From assembly GCA_964199315.1 (NCBI GenBank), contig OZ116707.1:5456001-5520000 (forward strand): a stretch of DNA of 64,000 nucleotides, read 5' to 3'. Positions within the stretch are counted from its first letter, which is position 1, and the number at the start of each line of letters is the position of its first letter. Shown here piece by piece: positions 1 through 12,386 of the stretch. Source of the DNA: Orbicella franksi. Lineage: Eukaryota. The translations under genes were made by a program, and so were the position numbers. A model generated the notes under the pieces. That model had not been told where the DNA came from and did not search any database. It saw nothing but the letters and a program-made list of their open reading frames with translations.

Positions 1-1082
1 CCCTCATCAGTATCGACAAGGACTCTTGCACAAAACCCGATTGAACACCTCAATGATTTCATTGTATGTCCACATCTATCACAATGCACTACTGAGCTGC
101 AACTTACTTGAATAATTTTCTTCTTACAATTTAAACACTTAAGAAATCTCTCTACTTTCTCAATAGAAAAAATTTCGACATCGCTAGTAACTGACTCAAC
201 CACAATACTTTGCTGCTCACCTCCAGCTAAATCAGGACTGATGTTGACAGTCGCCGTTTCATCTGTGATCGAGGAAACAGTGGTGCGAAATGAAGTAGAT
301 AGCTTCTTTTTCCCTGACCATATACGTACTAGCACATTGCTTAGACAATAACAGTTTCCCTCTTTTATTGTGTCTATCATCGCTTCCCAAATATCCAAGA
401 CAATACTACCACTTGCATCTGCAAAGACAGCCTCCGCTAGTTTCAGTTTCCTTTCTCCCACGATAACTGGGTCTTTAACGGTCATAACTTTGCCTTTCAC
501 GGTAACCAAGTTCCACTCATCACTTTCGTTTAAAACTTGTAAAATCGTCATCGGATCTGGAGTAGCCAATCGCACATCTTCAAATTGGAAGGAATACTCC
601 GTACTATCTGGAAAGGAAACCTTTGTCATATCGTTTATGATTAACTTCTTCCTGTCGGGAGTACAAGTCAAGCATGACACTTTGATCGGTCTTCGACTCT
701 TCTCGCTCTCCAAGAGGAGTGACCTTTTAGGTGGAGAGTACAATAACACCTCACGATTGCCACTTGCTGTTTGCAAAGTCATAGAAGCGTAATCTAAAGT
801 ATTCTTACGATTACGCTTCAACGGCGAAAGATTTTGTACGTAGCCAATTAGACTTTCCTGTTCAGTAGAGCGAGGCTCAATCTTCGACTTGGGAGGTTCA
901 GCACACGCGGCAGTGTACTGTTCAACATCGTTCTTGGAAGGCCCAGTGCTAGGAACAGACATTTGAACATCTATATTTGTAACCTCTACATCCTTCTTAC
1001 CATGCTGAGCACCCTTCTTCGAGGACTGAGTATTCTTCCCCTCCATATTCTTCCTTCTCGACGAAGAAACTCTTGAAGCCAT
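1..1082 (-). CDS. RPA70-like ssDNA-binding protein (tandem OB folds + C4 zinc ribbon), intronless, 3'-partial at window edge
   Basis: Manual translation: ATG at 1082-1080 (aatATGg; in-frame stop upstream), then no stop through base 1 (360 codons), so the track omits it. Contains IGYVQNLSPLKR, an OB-like segment VTVKGKV...KLAEAVFADASGSIVLDIWE...EGNCYCLSNVLVRIWSGKKKLST, and CLNC-x13-CDRC. Confidence 0.75.
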   Translation of the reverse strand, partial: MASRVSSSRRKNMEGKNTQSSKKGAQHGKKDVEVTNIDVQMSVPSTGPSKNDVEQYTAACAEPPKSKIEPRSTEQESLIGYVQNLSPLKRNRKNTLDYASMTLQTASGNREVLLYSPPKRSLLLESEKSRRPIKVSCLTCTPDRKKLIINDMTKVSFPDSTEYSFQFEDVRLATPDPMTILQVLNESDEWNLVTVKGKVMTVKDPVIVGERKLKLAEAVFADASGSIVLDIWEAMIDTIKEGNCYCLSNVLVRIWSGKKKLSTSFRTTVSSITDETATVNISPDLAGGEQQSIVVESVTSDVEIFSIEKVERFLKCLNCKKKIIQVSCSSVVHCDRCGHTMKSLRCSIGFCARVLVDTDE

Positions 1083-1509
1083 ATTTGCGAAATTTGAAAA
1101 CGACAACACGCTCCTTTGCTAAACTGTCCTGATTGGTTAACAAAAATAATACAAACCACGCCCCCCTTACCCCTCCCCATTCTCCTCCCCAAGATCTCGT
1201 ATGAAAATAATTTAGTGTGGTCCACTGCGCAAAAAAAAACAGTTCTTCTTCACGTAGCCTGCCTACCTGACGCTTTTTAAGCAATTTGAGCGCTCTGAGA
1301 GCAGCAAAGCCGCGATAAACAGCGCCAAAGCCACGTAATTGCTTTAAAATATTGCTTATTAAAGCCAATAAACTGCATAGCCTGTTGTTGACAGAAGGAA
1401 CCTAATCTGATCTAATTCATGATCAATAACAGGACAGACGCACGACAAACTGACTTCAAAAGAAATTTAATTATTTTCAAAACCCATTCAAACGTAATCT
1501 ATCCACGAC

Positions 1510-1810
1510 TTATACATCGTCTCCTTTGATTTCTCTTTCTTTTATTCCCAACATTGAGCGATAGTCACTGACAGATATGGAATGAACATTTCTTATGTGG
1601 CGAGATAAATGGATTACTTCTTTAAAACACCCAGGCAGCAAACAAGTAACTCTTGACTTGCCTGACTTTTCTAACACACATCTTTTTGGCTGGTTATCAT
1701 TAAACCCTCTTGTAACACCTCTGTGAAACTTATTAAGGTGATTATCCAATCTTTTAAGCATTTTTCCCATCTGTGGGCACCCGTTGACACGGCATATACC
1801 ACTCTTTCCC
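1510..1810 (-). CDS. Terminal exon encoding two atypical C2H2 zinc fingers
   Basis: The track ORF 1510-1770 extends upstream in frame to a tttAG acceptor near 1811: CRVNGCPQMGKMLKRLDNHLNKFH and CLLPGCFKEVIHLSRHIRNVH. Upstream exons not resolved. Confidence 0.55.
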
Positions 1811-2689
1811 TAAACATTTGAATAGCAAAAAAAGGTCAATTTATTTTGAGTTACATGTATAATTCACCAAACCAACTTAGCAGTAACAAAAACAAAAAGA
1901 AACAGGCACACCAAATTTTGAAAATATTATGTAGTTGGCTACAATAATATCATCTCTCAGCTTGTATTTTATATCATCTCATGGCTCAAGCATGCAATCA
2001 TTTAAAAATTATAATCAAAACACCAGGACAAAAATCCTTGAAATGATCTTCCCTAGTATTTTGGGTAGATAATATTTATGAGGTACTTATAACCTTGCAA
2101 TATTGCCATTTAATGTAAGTCTACTAACACACTTTTTTTTGCAGGAGAAAATAGCTCAAAACAAGGACAAGTAGTCTAATCTTCTTTAGAAGAAACCCTT
2201 AAGACACCACTACAGAAACATCTTGCCATAAAAGACCAATTTACACACTTGTTTTCCATCAGCAAAGACAAAACAGTGTGAAAACCAATCAGATTTGCAG
2301 ACAAATAGGATACAGCTCTGACTTTTTACTAAATGTCTCATTCTCTGGAGGCTATATAGACTGTAGCTTACTTTGCCTGGAAAGTTTCCTCGATTCCTTC
2401 TCTTCATTTTTTGACTGTAATATATGGTCCTGTGTAAAAGCCAAACAGACCCATATTAATATGTTCCTGAATTATAGAAAGGTTGCTATATGTAACAAAA
2501 ATATCCATCCAACACTTATTCATTAGAATGAGCCCTTTAATTGAGGTGTTTAGTTCAAACATCCAGGTTATAACAATCAATGATATTTTTTACAATAACT
2601 GTCCAATTTCTTGCACAGTGATTGGCTCATTTTTATCATAAATAGGAGTACAGATGGATAAAATTGAAGACTCGGACTTGCACGCACTG

Positions 2690-2930
2690 TACTATGGAAA
2701 TGAGCTACTTGTACGCGTCAGACTCGGGTCTTGTTATTGTAAAAACAAATTGGCATTAGTTTTAAATGTGTAAATTCCATCATAACATTGTCAAAGTTCA
2801 CTGTGGAACCACTCATCTGTTACACTGCCACACAGCCACTTTGACAATGTTATGATGCAATTTTTCATCAATAAGAGGACAGACACATAAAAACTGACGA
2901 CAATTAGTTAAATATAACAGTGCTAAATAT
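2690..2930. mobile_element. Probable short non-autonomous interspersed repeat (MITE-like)
   Basis: Non-coding block resembling interspersed repeats of this kind of genome; ends and TSD not resolved. Confidence 0.25.
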
Positions 2931-3801
2931 CGAATAGCTAGATTAGTCAGGATACTATAATCTATCATAAATATCTATGAAAAAATCTCTCATTATCCAC
3001 ACAAGCTACTGTTACACTTGGTTACTTCTTGATTTCTACAAAAATTAATAATAATGTGAGGTAATATACTGGAATAAAATAAAATGCAAATCCATCCACT
3101 TCAATGCCTTCCTGTTTTAGGAGGCAGTAGAGTGGCAAGGTGGCACTCCCAATGTGGGAGTACCCCCTCCCTTGTCCATGATGTTATGGCAAAGCTCATT
3201 TCATTGCTTATATTTTTCCTCATTAACATATGACATTGTACAAGACATCATGCTAGACACAAATTGATGACAAACATTTTCAGGCCTTGTGAACATCTAG
3301 TTTTTGTAATAATTGAGTTTTTTGAACTTAGGTAGGCACAAAAATAATTCATTAACATTGGGGTAAAATTCCCTGGGACAGTTAATTGTGTTATGCTCTT
3401 TCAATACTCAGAACTGATACTTTTGTAGCTCTATCAAAACCTTATTGCTTATATTAATGAGGCAAATATTGTTAACAAATATTCTCCATATTCTCCCTCA
3501 CAGCTTTGCGAATCTAAATAATATCCACCACCGCTCTATCTAACTTACCAATTGCATCAAACTTCGAAAAACTTGCTGCACGTGCAGGCACTCGAGCAGG
3601 ATTTTGGCTGGGGGGGTGACGGGCGTATTGATACACCCGATCATGGCGGGTTTCAACGACCCTCATCGGCGGTCATTTGGGCACCTACAGAAAAACAACC
3701 CAGAACAACAAAACGAAACCACCAAAACCAAACCACTTAAGCCAGCAAAACAACCAAAACGAAGCCAACACAACGAGAAAGATCTGGAGTTAGTCATACA
3801 G

Positions 3802-4526
3802 CTTACTAGGGTCAATTGACAAAATGAACCCGTTTTTCCATCGTATGAAAAATAACTGTAAAATCGGGATGTAGATTAGGTGTTCTATAGTGAGTTATAT
3901 GGCTTACTAGGGTCAATTCACAAAATGAACCCCGTTTTTCTATCGTTTGAAAAATAACTGTAAAATCGGGATGTAGATTAGGTGTTCTATAGTGAGTTAT
4001 ATGGCTTACTAGGGTCAATTCACAAAATGAACCCTGTTTTTCTATCATTTGAAAATAACTGTAAAATTGGGAGGTAGATTAGGTGTTCTATAGTGAGTTA
4101 TATAGCTTACTAGGGTCCATTCACAGAATAAACCCCGTTTTTCCGTCGTTTCTAAAATAACTGTAAAATCGGGATGTAGATTGGGTGTTCTAGTGTGTTA
4201 TATAGCTTACTAGGTTCAATTCACAAATAAACGCCGTTTTCCCGTCATTTCTAAAGTAACTGTAAAATCGGGATGTAGATTGGGTGTTCTATAGTGTGTT
4301 ACATAGCTTACTAGGGTCAATTCACAGAATAAACCCCGTTTTTCCATCATTTCTAAAATAACTGTAAAATCGGAATGCAGATTGGGCGTTCTATAGTGTG
4401 TTATATAGCTTACTAGGTTCAATTCACAAAATGAACCCTGTTTTTCCATCGTTTCTAAAATAACTGTAAAATCGGGATGTAGATTGGGTGTTCTATAGTG
4501 TGTTATATAGCTTACTAGGGTCAATT
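3802..4526. repeat. Tandem repeat, ~101-bp unit, ~7 copies
   Basis: Unit start CTTACTAGG(G/T)TC(A/C)ATT at 3802, 3903, 4005, 4106, 4206, 4307, 4409, 4511. Whole units are conserved, with no unique spacers. Confidence 0.95.
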
Positions 4527-5794
4527 ATTTAGTTCTAATTCTACTTTTCCCAGAGTTCTAAAGTGAGTTATACCCATCAGTTGGTTGTTCTGAAACATTT
4601 ACTAAAGAGTTCCTAGAGTTGCAATTGCCGTTTCTTGTTCATAGTCAACAAACACATACCCACGTTTCATTGAGCTTCCTTTAACTAGTCTTTTTAAGAA
4701 CATTTTACTGTTTTTATAGTCTATTCATTTTCAAATGATAAACGCCTGATTAGCACAGTTAAATTTCCTAGGTTTAAATTAATTTGATAGAGCGGTCTTC
4801 ATTCAACTGTGATATGGTTGCTAAACAATTAGACATGTTTAGAGCAATTTCAGAGCTTCAACCCAAAACCAAAGTAATTACTTTGGCCAGTCACATAGAA
4901 TTTTGACCATCCAGTAAACCAAACACGCAGCAGATCCAATTTGGAGAGAACGTGCACGCGGGAGTCGCGATTTGTTTTGGGTTTTCCTCGTACTGGATTT
5001 CAAACCAATCGATGAGCACTCCCTGCCCCGCCTCCATAGTAATGCAGACTTGAAGCAATTCACCAATAACTTTTGGCGGTCAAACGAAAACCACTCTTTT
5101 CACGAAGGCCATCATTTGTTTGTTTCTTATTATAATTTGACTATTTTACAAATTAATAAAAATTTTATTTAACTCTCCCAATTGGGGCTTTTCAGTGTTA
5201 ATGAACTACGTACAATAACATACAATACGAAAAGATACAACAGATTAAAACCAAAAAATCAAAATATTACTGAGACGATGAAAGTTCATATAACTTATAA
5301 CTTATTTCAAGAATGACTATGGTAAAGAGATTTTTAGACATTGTTTCATGTTGCTATAAAAAATAGCTCTTAGAATAGCTCTGAGAAACACTAATTTGTG
5401 CAAAATTAAATTTAATTGCTTCGTAAACTGAGAACTGTCCTTTTTCATTTTTTGAAAACAATCTACAAAAAAACGGCAATACGAAAAAGCTCTATGTGAT
5501 ATTCATTACAGGACAACTTGTACTTGGTGCAGTCCTCGTGTGGAAATCTAAGTACTTATGGAGTTAAAGTCCTTGAATGCTTAAACGTAGGTACACTCTA
5601 TTAACTTAGGTAACTCGTCTTCCGAGTGCCTTCGACACTTACTATGGTATAACTTACATAGCTGTCTATTGTAGAAATACATATATTTATATGAATAACT
5701 GACATTTTACTGACAGACACAACATAATGACAAAGTCCACCATTTTTCTGTGAATAAATTGAATTCCTTGCTTTATGGTTGGCAAGTTTTGCTA

Positions 5795-6380
5795 CTAAAA
5801 GGTTACAAATACCAAATTTCCATAAGTGTTATCCTGATTGCCTTCTAATTCCTAAACAGCGTTGCAAAAAGAATTGAGCTCTTTTTCCCCAGCTGTGACT
5901 ACGACAGCACCACTTGGCTCGTGGCAATGAGTATCAATATAGGTTATGATGCCTTCGGTAAAATAGAACAAAGAAGTTTTCTTGTTGAGTATAAGAAATG
6001 CAACGAACGAAGAACGAGAAACAAATGCTTCTTGTAACTGACCACCAACGGTAGATAAAACATGATGTTCTTTCAACCGTACAGGTAAATTGATGCCTAC
6101 ATCCATATCAAACCACATCTCTAGTATGCTAGCAGCTTCTTGTATCGAAAGATACCTTGATGGCAAACTGTCACGACGCAGATCGTAAATGCGATTGCCA
6201 ATTTCTATACAACCGCGTAATACTTAAAGAAAAATGCTCGAGATACTAGAGTTGCAATCTGGAGGAGCAGTGTTCTGGAGACTTAGGGCATACCCAGCGA
6301 GTATACTCATTAAGCTGCATGCTTTGCTTCCGTTCCTGCCTTTGTAGAGGCCTTGACTTATTTCCTTTGGAAATTTCCAA
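5795..6380 (-). other. Putative papain-like cysteine protease domain (peptidase C76/herpes tegument USP-like) at C-terminus of the KDZ transposase
   Basis: KFPKEISQGLYKGRNGSKAC (Cys codon 6319-6317) ... GNRIYD..YLSIQEA ... YIDTHCH (Asp 5935, His 5929). Same frame across the premature TAA at 6226; lies in the last KDZ exon after an acidic linker. Confidence 0.6.
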
Positions 6381-9139
6381 CAGGTAACGCCAGGAGCTAT
6401 AACCTCTGGGGGAACTGCACGTACTAGAGGTGCACTTAAGCTGCTAAGTGCATCCAGGATAGTGTTTGCAGATCCCTTTCCTATCAAGTCGCAGTAGCCA
6501 CCGCTGATCAACTCAGTGTCTTCTTCATTTTCATCTCCTTCGCCTTTCAAGCTTTCGACATCACCATCTTCTACTTCTACATCATGCGTGAGGAGGAACT
6601 GACGAAATGCATCCAGATCTTCAGTCAGCACTGGAGTGAAGGCACTTATCCTGGCAACGATTTGCTTTATGGCAAAATTCTTGCCATCCTGGATTAGGGC
6701 TAGTTTTGCCATTATCACCTGCTTCTGGATCGAACAGGTTGTATACCGGAGACTCTACATGTTTGTTAGAAACAAAAACCAACTGTAAGTCACCTACTAA
6801 ACATGATACAGTACCAAGACCTTGTACGATTTCAAAAATAGTACTATTACGGAAAACATTGATTTAACCACTACAAAAGAACTTGGCACTTGGCACGGTT
6901 AGTAGGAAAGCCTTGTAGACCAAGTGGGTCATACACTGCACTTTGACCGTCTGTTATCTCAACCAACAAAAGACTTACTGAAATTTCTTCAGAAGATGCT
7001 TCCGAGTAAGTTCCTAGTCCTCTGACTTCATTTTCTTTCTGTACATCTGGAGTGAAGAAAGCAAAGTTAACTCAGTTGAAAGGGACAACACATAACAAGT
7101 TCTGTTTTGTTGGATCACTTGAAGCATAACAAAGCATATAGTGAGCTATGTGGACTGGCGTCCGTGTTTTTGTGCATCTGTCTGTCTGTATTATGCAATA
7201 CATAAATGGATGGATGGACGCACGGACAGATACATGAATAACAGTAAGAAACTTTATTTATGAGTCAAAAGTGTTCAGTATCTGTAAAAAAGGTAAATGT
7301 GAGATAACTGGGCAGTACTCAGTTTGCATTGGCGGGTTGGGCTACTGAAACCTGATGTGTAAGTGTTTTTAAAAAAGATATATTCGGAATATAGAAGTTA
7401 CTAAAGGTTAGCATACGTCACACTATAATGCTATTATTTTAGTTTTGAAAGCTAACGATCCAGATACCTTTCAATAAAATCTGCAGTTGCTCCTGTTGTT
7501 TGACCAAGGATGGTAAAACAGTGTTTTTGTAAATGCCATGAATCCAATCATCTCCTTCTGAAGAAGTTTTATTTCTTCCTGAAACCTGGAGGCTTCCATG
7601 TGTTTGTCTACCACCAATCGCTTCGTACGGATAGGTACAACTGTGAAAAACGTAGATAAAAATAAGTATTAATAACAAATTAAATTGTTTCGATCATGAT
7701 TAACTTTAATGTGCTTTTTGGAACATTCTGCTCATACCTTCAACAGTATGAAGTTCAGCTTTCCAGGGAAATTTGCCATTCTCTATCTCCTCTAATTTGG
7801 CAGAGCCATCAGAAGAAAGTCGGTTGTACTTAACAAGTAAGTCTTGTAGGTTTGCTTTCTCCACCGTTATTTTTGCACATAGCTTTTAACGCTGTTTTGA
7901 TCCGTCTAAAGAAATAAAAATATAGAGAAATTTACAGACTAGAAAAAGAAAGAAAGAGAAGGGCCTGTCAAAGGTGGTTTACCGACAGTTAGGTGTAAGC
8001 ATATTAAATTTTGTTCTTTGGCACGCTTAGGTAAAATTACAAAGAAATCACCTGCAAGTTTTCCCATATTGACTGCCAACTGAGCAATTGAATGGTGAAA
8101 ATGCTCCATTTGCCTTTCGAAATACAATAGCGCCTTTTCCACTAATACCGCTTCACCTTCATCAAAGTTGGTACAACGTTTTGGTTGAAGGTCGCTGAAC
8201 TTCTTCCCATACATTAGCTCAGCAGTCTCGCAGAGTAACTTCTGTTTAGAAGTGCAGTCTTGCAGTGTCAACAAGTGACTCAGATATAGCTCTTCATCTT
8301 TGGACAGTTGTGGCTTTTTGTTGTATAAAGCTTCATCATCTGAATTTATGTATGAAAACAAATCAAAACTAAAAAGACAAACACACACCAAAAAAAACAG
8401 ATAAAGAAACTTAAACACAACATTTCGTTATAGCTAAGTGGACAACGCCATTACATCATGCATCAGAGAAAAGCAAGGGGATGATTACACTGGCATATGT
8501 GAGAAAAAGTTGGGGCACAATTGTAACAGATAATTTCACTACATGTGGGTTTCAAGTGCCAAACATGACTTCAAAATACCTAACCTTTTGCAACCAGACG
8601 AACATCTGATTTCCAACTTTCAAAACACACATCTGTTTCCTTCAGACCAACACTTTGATACAGCTCTTTAATTTCCTGAGCCAGCGGCTTAAGATGATTT
8701 TGGGCCTGGGAACAGAGAGGTATGAAGCAGACACATTGATTTCAAACTGTGTTATCAAGGAATGATTAGCAATAAATAATCCACCCTAACTATCACAGCA
8801 CTGAAAGACAAAAGCTGTCATTTATACCTTTGTATATCGTTTTGTAAGTGAATGAGGAAGTCTTTCAAATTTTCTCCTGTTCCAATGAATAGAATGTTCT
8901 TCGTATAGTGTGATCGTCCGGGTGAGTGTAGTTCTAAAAAGAACTGTTGTTGGTGACTGACATTTCTACAACCTGAGCGGAAGTCATCTTCAGATTCAAG
9001 TGAATAGTGTTTGTCAGTCGATGATCTTATAATTCTGGTCCGTTAAACGTGATTGGTCAGTATAGCCATGATGGTATTGGCTGAAAGACTCGTGTAAAGT
9101 TTGTCATCAGTCAAATTAAATTACGCTACGAACAGGAAC

Positions 9140-9652
9140 CCTACGCCTGTTACTACAGTGACTATACCTTAAATTAAGGGCACTTCTGAGACCATCTCGC
9201 AGATCCTACAGCCCTACAACATTTGTGTAGCCCACAAACCTACAACTACGTTACGACACTTACTGACCAACGTGAAAGACAGAGATGAACCTAACGACAG
9301 ACAGGGAGCAGTTTACAAGATCAAATGCTCCAACTGCCAGGCTTCCTACATTGGTGAGACTGGCAGAAACCTTAACACGAGACTGACTGAACACAAACAA
9401 GCCACGAGAAATGGTGATGCCAACAATCACATTGCTGTACATCATCAACTGACAAACCACAACATTGACTGGGACTCTGCTCAGTGCTTAACCTACAGTA
9501 CAAACTATTTTCAACGACTGACTCTGGAAAGCTGGTACACTAACCTAGAACAAACACCTCTTAACAGATGTCAACAACTACTGGCGCCTTACAAACGACT
9601 TATCCACGACAGAAACGAAACCGACAAACAGACTTCTAACAGACCGACTTAA
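9140..9652 (+). pseudogene. Penelope GIY-YIG endonuclease fragment
   Basis: GAVYKIKCSNCQASYIGETGRNLNTRLTEH...HHQLTNHNIDW...RLTLESW; preceded in frame by TIP*IKGTSETISQILQPYNICVAHKP. Confidence 0.9.
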
Positions 9653-9827
9653 CAATACACGGACCAAAACCGACCTAATTGACTAACAATAGACGGATTG
9701 AAACCCACCAATGACTGATGACAAACTTTACACAAGTCTTTCAGCAAATACCATCATGGCTATACTGACCAATCACGTTCAACGGACCAGACTTATAAGA
9801 TCATCGACTGACAAACACTATTCACTT

Positions 9828-9870
9828 GACTCTGAAGATGACTTCCAATCAGGTTGTCGAAACGTCAGGT
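9828..9870 (+). ncRNA. Minimal hammerhead-ribozyme-like motif in Penelope pLTR
   Basis: gact-CTGAAGA-(stem/loop)-CGAAAC-GTC-ag; a second variant copy is on the minus strand at ~8953-8997 (CTGAAGA...AGAAATGTCagtc). PLE pLTRs are known to carry minimal hammerheads. Confidence 0.5.
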
Positions 9871-12386
9871 ACTCCTGGGTACCTGGGTTCAAACCATTTA
9901 CTGAATAGAATGTTCAGTAAGTAGTTCTTCTCTACCTATCGGGTTGTCAAGTAATAGAAAGAAAAATGAAAACATAAACACTTTAATCTAATACTTTAGA
10001 TTACTATATTATAAAAAAAATTATGAAGATATCTGAATCTAACATGGCTGGTTGGTGCTTCACATGGGGCATAGCTTTCAGTTGCCTTTGTTATTTTGTT
10101 AGATGCATGACAATAAGAGTGCTGTACCTTCAGGGAGCATATGCTTTGTACAGGAGCCTAATCTCGAGAAGTGGCTGTTGATATGCTCAACTTCTTCCCC
10201 AGTAGTTGCAGCTGCCTCATTCTGCCACCTACCACCCCACAAGACCTGAGTGGAAACATATACAGTGTACAGTAAACACACGCATGTAAGAACACTGATT
10301 TCAGGTTGTCAACTGATTATCTTTTTATTTATGGGATGCTTAGTGAAAACCAGCCTGAAAGTGTTCTTAAAATTGGTTTCAGAAACACTTCAGGAGGTTT
10401 ACTTGTTGCATACACTGAAAAAAAATCAATAAATACAAACAGATAAATACAAGTATTGCATGTATTTCATCCAGTATGCACTAAAATTCATTACTTAAAT
10501 TAGCTGAGAGGAAAGGGAGACCCAACTGATAAATAACACTTCACCGTACTGTGATGATAAATTCCTTTAAGATTGTTGAAATGTCAGTCTTAACAACAGA
10601 ACCCTTCAAAGGACTACTCTAATCCAAACAATCAGACTTCACAACCAACTGTATTGTTTCCTTATTGTAAAACCTTTTCCTTTATACCGGAACATGTTTT
10701 ACTTATCGAGCTGAATTTGACCTTATCTATACAGTAGCTTATTGGCAAAATTTCAGCATGATGTTCTCAGTCCGCTTGTTCTTATGAGAAGGTTCAACTC
10801 AATCTAACAGGTTTGCCTCTTATATGTACATATATAAAACATTTCTAAGTACATGGATTTAAAGCCTTTTCAATTAAAATTGTATTTACACGACAGTTTC
10901 CAAATGCACAAGAGTCAACAATATCATTGCAGATGCATATAACTATAAGTACAGTACTGCTCAAAAGTAAGTTACCACCTCTCGTCTCATTTCTCGTGAG
11001 ATGAGTCTCGTTTCTCTCGAGACGTTTCTTGTTTCTCGCGAGAATCACTGAAGTGTTTAGTATGGCTTATATTACGCGTAAGAAACCGGTTACAAGTAAC
11101 GATTGCCGCTCTGCAGTTCGTTGTCAAATCGATGGGACCGTCCAACATAAAATATGCATTGATCATTTGCTCGATTCATATCGAACAAAGGTAATATCGA
11201 ACATCGAACTTAACTACAAGTAGAGTTACATGCGTTTCAATTCGTGCAATCATGGGGGCAAAGAGTCGATTTTGCGAATCTTGCTCACTCTGAATGATTT
11301 AAGTTACCTACATTTGCTCGCTCTGCAATAACCGCTAATTCAAACAAACATTTAATTTTGCCTAGGAGAAAAACGTTCCGGCTTTCAGCATGCGCCAGCG
11401 AGTCAATTGTGAATGGGAGTCATGAAAGCGTCACGGAAATTGTTGAAAAAATGATATCTCCGGTTCTGTTTGGTATAAATCGTTCATTCAAACGCTGAAA
11501 TACTATATCTTTGAAGACAGGAGTTTTTATTGAGGTTTCTGAGATGTGCCGTTTACATTACATGTAGTTTTAAATTTTTCTGCCAATGCGAGTTTTGTCT
11601 AGCGGCACGCGTCGACAAGTCAACAACATAATGAACTTTTATTGTTCTCCGAAACATCAAGGCAAACACTAAAAATATATTTCCAGTTCTATTTGGCATA
11701 AATCGTTTATTCAAACGGCAAAATACAATATCTTTGAATACAGGAGTTTCCAATAATGTTTATGTGATGCGACGTTTACATTAACTCAATGTTTTTGCAA
11801 GGGAAAGTTCTGTCTAGCAGCAGTCGATTTAATACGCAAATGAAGTTTGTTTCGCAAAGCATTGCGGCAAAAACATCACCGGTTCTATTTGATATAAATT
11901 GTTTTTTTCCAATGGCACAATACACTCTCTTTAACAGATAGAATTTTTGTTGCTCGACAACGAAGATCTCGAGCAGTATGTAAATAAACATTTTATATAT
12001 CGGTCGATACAGCAGTCTAGGCCTGCCATAAGATACATGATCCAACTTCTGAACACTGAAACGCACTTTTATTACCACATTTGCACATAACTATTATTAA
12101 CATTGGCCAGCTAGTCTAAGAGTTGTGATCTTTTCTAAATTACATTCATGACAACGGAAACTTTTCTCTTCAAACGGCAATACTGTACTTGAGCACGCTT
12201 AAATCCACGAAACTATGTTGTTGTCTCTCAATCTTTCTTATATGAACTTGAACAGGTGAGAATCTCCAATTTTAAGACTGATGAATCCATTTTTTCACAA
12301 ACTGATCGTTAGGGTTCAATCTAAGGAAGCGGATTTTAGCGCACTCAAACATATGAATTAATTACTGTAACATTAAAAATAGATAT

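Larger units (their letters stand above)
8900..9901 (+). mobile_element. 5'-truncated Penelope-like retroelement (GIY-YIG endonuclease end) with inverted pseudo-LTR
   Basis: Flanked by 14-bp direct repeat TGAATAGAATGTTC (8886-8899 and 9902-9915). Segment 8957-9113 is the reverse complement of 9712-9868. Removing the insert restores the KDZ exon GREELLTEHSIHWNRRKF. Confidence 0.9.

Noticed and set aside
370-792. 140-aa plus-strand ORF
   Set aside because: Antisense shadow of the RPA-like ORF; no recognisable motif.
986-1368. Minus-strand ORFs 986-1225 and 997-1368
   Set aside because: They overlap the start and promoter region of the RPA-like ORF in other frames and show no domain features.
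3802-4526. CRISPR-like periodicity and ORFs 3812-4048 / 4216-4524
   Set aside because: Whole 101-bp units are repeated with no unique spacers and there are no cas genes; the ORFs are just translations of the repeat.
10845-11048. ORFs 10845-11048, 17597-17824 and 17670-17921 with RETRL-type repeats
   Set aside because: Translations of the TCTCGCGAGA subterminal repeats, not proteins.
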